Shown here in pieces: positions 13,453 to 25,400 of a stretch of 64,000 nucleotides of DNA. The DNA is from Antedon mediterranea. Lineage: Eukaryota; Animalia; Echinodermata. The number at the start of each line of letters is the position of its first letter. The stretch's first letter is position 1. The translations under genes were made by a program, and so were the position numbers. The stretch covers positions 13,018,352-13,082,351 of the forward strand of contig NC_092678.1 in assembly GCF_964355755.1 (NCBI RefSeq). Direction: 5' to 3'. The notes beneath the pieces are model-generated. The model was not told the DNA's origin. It searched no databases and worked only from the letters and a program-made list of their open reading frames with translations.

Positions 13453-16400
13453 GAAGGGATTTTAAAAAGTTTAAATTCTCTGAATAAAATATAGAGAGCT
13501 TATGGAATGTTTTGAATTTGTGATGGGTATTTTGCATATTCCGTTATTCGCAATTTTTACCGAATTTATAATAATTAATAAATAAACACAATATTCATGT
13601 AAACCAACACTTTAATAATACGTATTGAATATTTACGTTTTACAGGAAGTTCTGGGTCTGTCTCATCCGGAAGTTTTCCTGTTAATAGTTACAAATCTGC
13701 ACACCGTAAGTTTCAAATTTTAAATGTAATCTTTTTTTATTTTACTAGATGAAAACAAAATTGTTGAAAATAACATCTCTAAAACATTAGCACCTCTTAT
13801 TCTTTTAAAAATACATCATTTGCTCTCGTTATAATAGCTCCAGCTATATCTCCGCCTTGGGGTGGTTATTATGGACGGCAACCTTATGGAAGAAGAGGGT
13901 TTTATGGAAATCAGTATAGGCCTAGAAGTAGATATTATTATGGAGGTACGTTCTACAAGACATACGTTTCAAATTAGGTAGGCCAGCATATTATAATCAT
14001 AATACATTAGGCGGGAATAATACGAAAAATGGAAATATATCCGTCTCGGTTACTTACCTGAAACTATGCTTTCATATTTGTCTTTTAAAACGACAAAATA
14101 AATTGTTTTCGATACAAATCTTAAAACTTTGTGGTACAGTAAAATGTAACTAATCTACACACATGTAAAAACTTCCGCAACATAATACAAATATAAACAA
14201 GGTCATTATACATGGCTGCAGTCGCATGATCAAGTTAGTGTTTACCGACCGACCGACCGACCGACCAGCATATTGAGCTGTAAATGTTACCCGCAGTTAA
14301 TAATAAAGTTAATAGCAAAAATTAACTATTTGATTACAAATGTCATCGTGGAACTTCATTTGTGTGATGTCACATACATTACTGTTTTGAATAAAATGAA
14401 AAATACTAAGGGAAAAACTCATAATTTTGTTATTTTGCATGCTGTTGTATTTCTCTTGTTAAAGTCACCGTACTGGTTCTTCTAACCCCACATTTATATT
14501 TGTGTATTATGTTAAATTGTTCAGTTGTTTTTTATTAAATACTTTAGGACGCAGATCCACACAATTAATGAACCGTGCATCAGTTCCTGGTAAGTTCAGC
14601 TGTACTTTTTTATATTTATTTTGTTCTAATGCAGCACCTGTTATAAAAATTGTATGGAAACAAAATTGTCTATTATTTTGATTTTCATACACAGTAGCAC
14701 AAAGTTATGCTCCAGAAAATAAAAATATTTATGCTTCTAATATGCATTTTTATATTTAAATAAATATAAATAAATACAGATTTAAAAAATGTTCATATTA
14801 AATGACTTGAAGCCGGCCAAGTTTGAATTCAATTTTCTTATAAACTTATAATACATACTTCTATAAATTTTCAGTACCAACACCTCAATCAAGCCCTAAA
14901 ACAAGTAAGTTAATTTATGTCAATATTTATTTCATCTAAAATTATATACACAATTAATGATGAACTGATCACCTTTCTTGATTCGAGATAATAAAATATA
15001 AATTAATATAGAAATTAAATTACAACATATCTTATCTAAATGTAAGAACAAATAAAACAAAACAGAGTTGTAAAATGAAAATAAACAATTTAAACAGCTG
15101 AAGAAATGTTGTTTAAAAGAAAAACTACCTAAATCGAAAATGGTTTACAATTATTATTTCTTCTTATTTTCTTTAAATAGATGTATTCGATTGCTTTATT
15201 GTTTAGGAATTTAAAATAAATTCAACAAAAGTTGTGAAAAGAATAGTATCGTTTAAAAATGAGTTTTTAAATTGTATTCATAATTGAGTTGTCTGTTTCA
15301 GTTAAAAGGCAATGCTGCGGGTATTAGAGGCTGGATCTCAATGGATCTCAATTCTTCAAATAAACAAAACGCTAAAAATAAAACAGCCGGAAAGAAATTG
15401 TATACCTTAGTCTTTCCTCTGTTACGTAACATTTTAGTTAGCCACTCGAGAGTAGTGTTCTTTTTTTTATTTTGAATTTTAAAAATGCCCACAGAATGGT
15501 TTTTCTACTGATTTTGGCAATCAATTACCATAGACTGACAAACAACGTAATATATACATTATAAATGTTATGCTGTTTAGACTTTATTTCAACAATGATG
15601 TTAATAAAAAACAATTACAATTACATATTTCTGTTCATTACTTTTTAGCTACCAGACCGACAAAAGCAATTAGTAAGTTAATCCTTTTATTGGGTAATGA
15701 GAATAATAATAAAAAAAATGAAACATGATCATACATGGACATCGTGCTCATATAACAACTCTATAATAAATAATTAATCTTGTAAAAAATCATTCATCAT
15801 CATCAATGTTTATTTTAGTATTTGTTTTTTAATTTTTCAAAATAATGTTTTGATAACTGATTTTCAGCAACCATACCAACAACTCAGGAAACGAGTAAGT
15901 TAACAGTGTTCTACTTTGTAATGTAATACTTTAGTGTTAATAAAAACATTATTCTATGAGTTTGTGGTGTTTTTTGCTTGTATAATAAAACGTATGACTT
16001 ACATTATACTCTTTTTATTCAAATCACAATGTTAAATGATCATTTTTGTATCACTTCAGCAACCAGAAAGCCAGCATACAAAACTGGTAAGTTTTCTTTT
16101 ATAAAGCAAATAAAAAATATATTTTTAGTACAACTTTACAACAAACAATAACAGCAACAACAACAACAGCAACAGTAACAACAACAGCGGCAACAACAAC
16201 AACACTAATATATATATTTTTAAAGATTGTATTGTCTCTCTGATAAATATAATTTGTATATTATTTTGTTAGCCTATCATTATTATACATTTTTTTTTAC
16301 ATTATACAAGTTGTCTTTACTGATTTTCAAATTAATGACGTAAGCGATGTCGAAACCATCGATGTTAACTTCGAGAGATTTATGTAGTTTAACTCTTACC

Positions 16401-19400
16401 TCGTATTTGGAAACTAATTTGGTTCCGAACTTGTATAGGACATTTTTCCGTCTTCTGTAGTGTGGCAAAACTTAAAAAAAAAAATAAATAATTCATGTAA
16501 ATCAACAATAGTACTTAATACTTTGTTCTGTACAATTATGGTTTACATGAGGTTTTGGAACGGGCTCATCCGGAAGTTCCATAGTTGGACGCCGTAAGTT
16601 TTAAATAGTATCTAAGATAAGAAACATTACAAAGAAAACATGTTTGTACATTTTGCAAACAATTTGTTCGTAATTTGTTTTGTTAGCCTTCATAAATTAA
16701 TAATATTTAGAATGTAATACTAATTATTCATTCCTGATAAAAAACAGCAAGTCGACATTTAGACTCATATGGCGGTTTTCACCATTTTGTTTACGCCTTG
16801 AAAACCAGTTACCTTTATTTTATTTCACGAGGAAATACTTCTTGAAAATAAAGTATCTAAAACATTGAAAGTAGCAGTTCATATTAGTCATTTACCCTAT
16901 CTACATATTACGTCTATTTTTATCGTTCTAACAGATAGCTTTTTGCAAGGGCAACGGGATATGTTATATGGACAACCAAATGTTAGAAGAAGCAGATACC
17001 ATGAAAAAATTTATAGAGGTAACAGATATTTTCAAGGAACGTTCTGACATTTTAAAATAGTCTATAATGATTTGGCATTATACTGAATTCTAAAATAGGC
17101 GGAAACAATACAAAAACATTTCTGGAAATATAACAGTCTTATCTGATATCTGAAAGTATTCTTTTATAATAATTGTTTTTTAAAACTTAACGAAAAATTA
17201 TTGGGTTTTCGGAAAGGTAAAAGTCTTTAGTTGGATCTCTAAAAGCTCAAATGGTAAAAACATAACAATTCACAATTATAAACAATAGGCCCACTATACA
17301 TATAAAAACAAATGATCCGCGGGCAATTGTAAAAACAAAATACACATTTATCCGCATTATGAAAAAAAACATCAACATTAACATGAGATAAGGTAATACG
17401 ATATATAAAGCGGACATAATCACAAAGTGCTCAAGGCGCTTGAGAAAACCACGAAAACTGCCAACATTAAAACTAAAAAACAACAGAAACAATTTGAATA
17501 AAAAAATTGGAATAAAAGTAGATCAATCAATGCCACGTCACTGCTTCCGTTTACCGGTAATTTGAGGTGCACAGACCTGCTAGAACAGTAAAAGAGAAAA
17601 CTATTTTGGATATTAAATCAGACATTATTTCAAATCAATTGTCATTGTGACTTCGTGGAGAGCGGACGCGTTTTGGATTCGCTCCGCTAAGCTGCTAACT
17701 CCATGTAAATTGAGCAGCGGGTAATATGAATACCTAAACCTCCACGCCCAGGTGAGGCATGCATGCAATAGTTACCGAGCACGCTAAACATACTGAAGAT
17801 ACAATTGTACTGAAGGATAACTAATCGAATACAATATGGCAACAAAAACTAGATCAAAAGCGGACAGTGAAGACAAGTTGGACACAATTATAGGGAAACT
17901 AAAGAAACTGGAAATACTCGACGCCATTAACGAAAGGCTTGTCATTTTGGAAGAGGACTTCAAAAACATGTGGCAGAAGGTTAGGGATATGGAAGCATCC
18001 CAAGAATCACTACAGGCTAATTTAGATGAAAAGGCAGACTCGCAGGATATGGAAGTACTACAAAATCGGGTAGACGAACTGGAAAATAGGCAACGGAGGA
18101 ACAACATAGTTATTTTTGGCATTCCAGAGCAGTCGGAAGGTAATAACTGTTCAGATTATATTCTAGGATTCTTTAAAACATACCTGAAAGTGGATAGTAA
18201 TAGGCCTATGGACATAGAACGAGCTCACCGTACCCCGACATTCCTGCCCACAGGTGGTAAACGAGCCAAGTATCCGAGGCCAATACATATTGCCTTCAAT
18301 AAATTCACCGACAAAATTAAAGTAATGAAGGGAGCTGTAAACTTGAAAAACAGTCCCTTTTCTGGAAAAAAAGTTTGGATAACGGATGACTTTACCCCAA
18401 ATCTGAGAATAAAGAGGAAGCGGTTGTGGGCCAAACGTAAGAGACTGTTAGAGGAGAAACCCGGCAGAAAAGTTTTCTTAAATTACCCGGCTGTATTAAG
18501 AATTGTAGAAGAAGACGGAAGTTCGAGACTAGTGCAGTAAATCTGTCTGTATAAGGCTGTAATTTAACTTTAAAAACATAACTCTGTGTCGCTATATGAT
18601 ATATTAATTTATCCAACAATGTACTGATATTGTATGTATGCCTGTTAGGGGTATATCAGTGATGATTGTATTGATACTTATCTTTTTTCGCTACTTTTTT
18701 CGTTGCTTAAAAAAGAAAATTAGGCTATTATTATATTTGAAGAGAATTTATGTTTCGGGGGTATGGAAGGGGGAAGGATATACCGGGTTTTTTTATCCTT
18801 TGTTGGGTGGGTTTTCTTTGTTTCTCTTTTTTTATTTTATTTTATTTTTACTCTATAACAAAAAAAAACTGAACACATATGCTAATTTTAACACGAGGTA
18901 TGATCGAACAATTGGTAATCTGAATACAAAAGTAATACGCATTGCCACAGCACAGGGCTATTTTGGACTGCGATTACATACAAATTTTACTTTACCTAAT
19001 GATCTTGGAAAATGTAGTTGCCCACTGATAATTAATAATAAAAATTACTGGATACTTGAGGTTAATACTAATTACGACTCTTTCATTTCGGCCGGAACAT
19101 GGTGTATAGACATTGTTGGGCCCCTTAAAAACTTCAGAAAAAATACTGTTAAAATAAAAGAAAATATAGGAGAGCAATCAAGTAAACTTATAATCGTCTG
19201 TAATAAAAATTTAATTAACATAAAATGCAAATTTTACGAACGTAGTAAAATACAATGCAATAGAATCAGTCCGTTACTCATCGAAGCTAAAACAATTTTT
19301 GGACTGCTATGGTTTATGGTTGTTGCACAAAACAACCATTATGACACCATATATACCCTTGCTTTATTATTTTATCTACCGTTATATATAAACAAAATAA

Positions 19401-22400
19401 GTAAAAAAATAACAATAAAAAATGTCTAATAATAATAATACGCTATCAATAGTTTCAATGAACTGTCGAGGTCTAGCAGAAAAATAAAAACGCAGAGATG
19501 TGTTACACTATCTAAAGTCAAAAAAATACAATATTATTTGCCTCCAAGATGTACACTTCTCGGCAGAAACTGAGTCACTTGTTAGATTGGAGTGGGGCCT
19601 TGATTGTTTTTTTAGTTCATATCGTAGTAATGCAAGGGGAGTCGCAATCTTTTTCAATAATAACTTTCCCTACACTGTTACAAAGCATAAAAAAGATAAT
19701 GATGGAAATATGTTAGCTTTGGAGGTAAAGGTTGACGATCTAAAATTTACGCTAATCTCAATTTATGGGCCCAACAACGACACCCCCGGTTTTTACGACA
19801 AAATGAGGGAAGTTGTTTTAGAATATGAAAACCCACATAATATCGTTTGCGGCGACTGGAACTGTATTTTGGACAAAAAATTAGACTGTAAAAATTACCT
19901 AAAACTTAATAATCCAAAGGCAAGAGAAAAGATAATAAATATTTGTAGTGAATTTAATCTTACAGATGTTTGGCGTGTTTACAACCGAGATGAACAAAAG
20001 TTTACCTGGAGACAGAATAAATTCAATAAACAAGCCAGGCTTGATTATTTCCTAATCTCATCTGAACTTAACAGCAAAATGCTGGATTGTAATATAAAAC
20101 CAGGTTACCGAACCGATCACTCACTCGTAGATATTAAAATGACGATGAACCAGATAAAATATGGGCCAGGATACTGGAAATTTGACAATACCTTATTAAA
20201 AGATATTCAATACGTGCAACAAGTTAAAGAAACCATAAATAGAGTCCTAAAACAATATATAGTGCAAAACGAAAAAGATAATAAAGATGCTAATAAAGCG
20301 CTGTTTAGCATCAGTGATCAACTTCTTTTAGAAATGATATTAATGGAAATTAGAGCAAAAACAATTTCTTACGGGGCTTATAAGAAAAAGATTGAAAATA
20401 AAAAAGAAAAAGAATTAGAAAGGGAAATAGAAAAAATAACACTTGATATCAATAAGGGCGACGCCACGTTAAATGGTACACTAGAAATTAAGTCCGGCGA
20501 ACTTATGAGTATCAGAAAAGTGAAGATGGAAAGAATAATGATGAAAACTAAACTTAAATGGATCGAAGAAGGCGAAAGGCCGACCAAATTTTTTCTTAAT
20601 ATGGAAAAGAAAAATTTTGTTGATAAAACTATAAATAAAATAGTAAAGGAAAGCAACAATAGTATTCTGCAAAACACAAATGAAATTCTTGTTGAGTCTA
20701 GACAATTTTATAAAAACCTTTATTCCTCAAACCACAATACAGATGATGAAAAAAATATTGTAAAACTTCTTAAAACTATGAATACATTACCAACATTAAC
20801 AAAAGAACAACAAAATAAAATTGAAGGGCCAATTACTTATAACGAACTTTTAGTGGCTCTTAAGAGGTCACAAAATGGAAAGTCACCTGGTATTGACGGC
20901 TTTAGCTATGAGTTTTTTAAGTTCTTTTTTGCGGATTTAGTTTACTATCTTTTGAGAGCTATTAACGAGTCGTATAACTCAGGTCAACTGTCAACTTCCC
21001 AAAAGTCAGGAATAATTACTTTACTCCCTAAGAGGGATAAACCCAGAGAGTATCTAAAAAACTGGAGACCTATTACCCTGTTAAGTGTCACTTATAAACT
21101 TGTTTCGTCATGCATTGCAGAACGAATAAAATCGGTCCTTGATATATTAATTAGTGAACAACAGAAAGGATTTATTAATGGGAGATATATAGGCGAAAAT
21201 ACAAGACTTATGTATGATGTTATTCAAATTTGTGAAAAGAAGAAAATCCCTGGTCTGCTTTTACTGATAGACTTTGAAAAAGCGTTCGACTGCATTTCTC
21301 ACACATTTGTTAACTGCGTTCTTAAACATTTTAACTTCGGACAATCCATTCAAAAATGGGTGAAAGTACTATATAAAGATGCAAGATCCTCAGTTCTTGT
21401 CAATGGCTTTCTCTCCGAATCATTCTTAATCGAAAGAGGATGTAGACAAGGGGATGGGCTGAGTCCATACCTGTTTCTTCTGTGCGCAGAAATTTTATCC
21501 TCAATGATATCTGAAAATAAACAAATTAAAGGAATATCAATTGCAAATCATGAGTATCGATTATCTCAGTATGCGGACGACACTGTATTGTTTCTTGACG
21601 GTAAAGAGAAGTCAATGCACGAAGCATTTAAGACTCTCGACGTATTTTCCAAAATTTCCGGGCTAAAAGTGAATGTGAACAAAACAAATGCTGTCTGGGT
21701 TGGCTCTTTTAAAGACCGAGGTGACTCAATATGCGAAAACTATAATATAAAATGGATCAAACATGGAGAACCCTTTGAATCATTGGGTATTCGGTTCAGT
21801 ACAAATTTAAATAAAATGGTAGATTTGAACTATGAAGACGTATATAAATCAATTAAAAATACAATGAGACATTGGTCAAAAAGAAACTTAACTGTTTTGG
21901 GAAGAATCACGGTAGTGAAGTCTTTATTACTGTCCAAACTTACCTATATCCTTTCGACATTACCCGATCCCCCTGAAAATGTAATAAAATCACTTAAGTC
22001 AGAACTATATCGTTTCATATGGAAAGGGGTGGATAGAATATCCAGAGATCAACTTATACAAGAAAATAAATTTGGAGGCTTACGAATGGTCGATATAAAC
22101 GCATATATTCAATCGGTAAAAATCACGTGGGTTAGACGGTTAGTAACGTCCAATGAGACGGGATGGGCTCTTTTAGTTCCACTCGTGTTGAATATTCATA
22201 AAACTTGGCTCATAGAAGGCGGATCATCGAAATTAATCAAATTAGCGAAGGTTAAGCCTTACAATGCATTTTGGCTGGATGTAATAAAGGCGTGGTGCGT
22301 ATTTGTGAAACACAACACTCCTATGAGCACCGAATCGATATGTAGACAAACACTCTGGATGAATGATAATATTAAAGTCGGCGGAGAAAGTATCTATTAT

Positions 22401-25400
22401 AAAAACTGGAGTAATCATGGGGTGAATTTTATAAATGATTTAGTTGATAGACATGGAATAACTCCATTAAAACAACTTAGTAAACGTCATAATCTTAACA
22501 TCAACTTTCTTCAATATGAAGGCCTAATACATGCGGTCAGACAACATACGTCTTTATATCAAATTTCTCCAAAAGGAAAAATAAATAGCCCACTACTACC
22601 TTTTAACCTTAGCGTAGTAATAAAAAATAAAAAAGGATCAAAGCTAATTTATAATACTCTAATCAACTCTAGAAAAAAACAATCGAAAGCTAAAATTAAG
22701 TGGGAGAAGGCATTGGATACTTTATATGTTGATAAAGAGTGGGAAATTATTAATACCATGTTTTTCTCACTTACTATGTCCACACCACTAATCTGGTTTC
22801 AATATAAAATTGTGCATAGAATTTTAGGTAATAACTCCTTTTTGTATAAAATTGGGAAAATTGACTCACCTTTATGTGCTTTATGTAAAGCAGAAACAGA
22901 AACCTTAATACATATTTTTGCACAATGCTGTGAAATTAAAATATTTTGGAGAAAGATTAAACAATGGTTGAAATCATATTTTAATATAAATGTAATTATC
23001 AACCCCGAATTATGCCTTTTTGGAGTTAGAAAAAAACCATTTAAAGCCCTAAATACTATTTTACTAATTTGTCGACACTACATATATAGCTGTAAAATGA
23101 GAAAAATTAAGCCCAATATTGTTCGATTCGTGAATGAGATTAAGTTACACGTTAAACAAGAAGAATTTATTTTGAAAACCAAAGGGGAGCATCATACTTA
23201 CTTAAACAAATGGAGTCCTTTCTTGGAAAAACATGAACTTATTGACTGGTAACTTTGCATTAAAAAAAAAAGGACTTAGTACTGTTTTTTATAATATGTT
23301 TTTTAATCCTGAATTATTTATACACTTTTATGATCTGTTTATTTAGTAAGTTATAACTATATATTTGAATAAGAAAGTTTTATGTTTAATTAAATTATTT
23401 AGTTGAAATATGTTATAAAAAAAAAAATTTGACAACAAATTATTTATAGACTTTGTTTTTAAGAAAAAAGAAAAAGTAGATTTATATTTATTACATCATG
23501 AAATTATTTATAGTTTGTTCTTAAGAGAAATGTATATTATATATTATTATTATTTAAAAAGTGTTATTATTTATATTGTGTATTACTATTAATAAGAAAG
23601 TGTTATTATTTTAAGCTATTTTTTAAATTTAAATATGAAAGTGTTCAATAAAAAAAAAAAAAAAAAAAAAAAAAAAAGATTAAAAATATACTTGTTATTT
23701 TGCTGTTGATATATAATTATCTTTTAACCTTTTTTTCCTCTTGTTAAAATTACCTTAATGCTTCCTATATCCACAAATTTATATTGAGCATTGAGTGCAT
23801 GCATTATTTTATGGAATTTATTGTTTTGTAGGACTCACATTCTCAGAATTAAAGAAACTTGTATTACTCTCTGGTAAGTTCAGCAGCTGCACTTTTTGAG
23901 ATTTCCTTTTCAATCCAACTGTCATAAAAAATTGCATAGGGAGAATATTTTGTATTAGTTTTTCTCATACACTATGCCACAAAATAATGTTTCAACAAAT
24001 TAAATACCTATGCTTCTAATATACATTTCTATTTTAAAATAAATAAACACATAGGCCTACTGATTAAAACATTTTAGATAAAATTAAATGAAGTTCGAAT
24101 TAATTATTTTCTTTTAAATGGTAAAATAATTGTTTATTTTCAGCACCAACACCTCATTCAAAATTTAAAAGAAGTAAGTTTATATTATTATTATTTCATT
24201 TAAGATATACAAAGTCAATAGAAAATGTTAGGAAATTGGAGAAAAAAAAATATAAATAATATATTTGAGACAATTACATTTATTAAAGTTATTCAAAGAG
24301 AAGACATTGCTGTTGATTTATATTGATCATTAAACCTTTTTATTCTCCTGTTAAACTAAACTGCTTCCTTATTATCCACACATTGTGCATTGTATTAACA
24401 TTGCTTTTGCGTTGTTTTTATTCATTTATTCTTTGAGGGCGCACACCCTCACAACACAGATGTACTTTCATTAATTAACGTGTTGATATTTCACTAAACC
24501 TTTCTCTGTTAAAGTATAATAATATTATTGTACATAATAGGTAGCCAAACGAAAGTGAGATTCAAAAACAGCCACAGCATTACAACAAGTGGTCATTTTT
24601 TGTTGTTTTTTTATCATCCAAATAGAAATTTCGCCATAAATAAGAAAAGAATTTAAGACAAATTTGATTGACAAACCACCTAATAATTATGAAAATGTTT
24701 CGTTTTTTTTACACTTCCTTTTAAAACAATTCCTTTCAACAAAAATGTTATTCAATAACAGATATTACATATCTATTAGGTTTTTGCATATAACATAATT
24801 ATTAAATTTGTCATTTGACTCTGCTTCATTACTTAGCTAACAGACAGACAACACAAGCAACTAGTAAGTTAATCATTTATATTGGGTAATGAGAATAATA
24901 AAAATAATGTTATTAGTATTATAAATACATAACGCAACGTATCACGATGATTGTGTATTTGTCTTGAATATACATACATGAACATCGTACTCATAACCAC
25001 CACTAACCACAATGTTAGATTTACTTTGTTTTATAATGTTTTGATAATAATTGACTTTCAGCAACCAGACAGACAACTCATGAACCCAGTAAGTTGTTCT
25101 ATTTTGTATTACATGCAATGTAATACTTTCATGTTATTACAAACATTAATCCAAGAGTTCGTAGTGTTTCTAACTTGTATAAACAAACATTTTGTAAATA
25201 TAACTTAATATGCCATTTTTAAAATCTTATAATCATACAATGCTAATTAATTTAAATCATTGACTATCACTTCAGCAACTACAATATAGTCCAGCATGAG
25301 ATTTAGGCAAACATTGGATATGTTGTAGAATAGACATCACTGAATCCAAAAATGATTTGCTCCATTTGTGTTTTCATGCGCAAGAGGGGTTGACTGCCAT

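Larger units (their letters stand above)
17639..23677 (+). mobile_element. Full-length L1-clade (Tx1-like) non-LTR retrotransposon, copy 1
   Basis: Shares sequence with copy 2 from TTGTCATTGTGACTTCG to the poly(A) tail. Contains ORF1, a middle ORF, ORF2 (APE + RT + CCHC) and an AT-rich 3'UTR. No clear TSD. Confidence 0.95.
12736..25088 (+). other. Micro-exon array of gene A (all phase 1-1, lengths multiples of 3)
   Basis: 12736-12786 (51 nt; alternative donor after 12798), 13646-13705 (60), 13838-13945 (108), 14548-14589 (42), 14875-14904 (30), 15649-15672 (24), 15868-15894 (27), 16060-16086 (27), 16552-16593 (42), 16935-17018 (84), 23832-23873 (42), 24144-24173 (30), 24837-24863 (27), 25062-25088 (27). 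Each has an AG acceptor and a GT donor (mostly GTAAGT) and is stop-free in frame. Confidence 0.78.

Noticed and set aside
17784-18122. Antisense ORF0-like gene in the L1 (112 aa; also 47575-47913)
   Set aside because: It is the mirror frame of the coiled-coil codons of ORF1, with no independent support.
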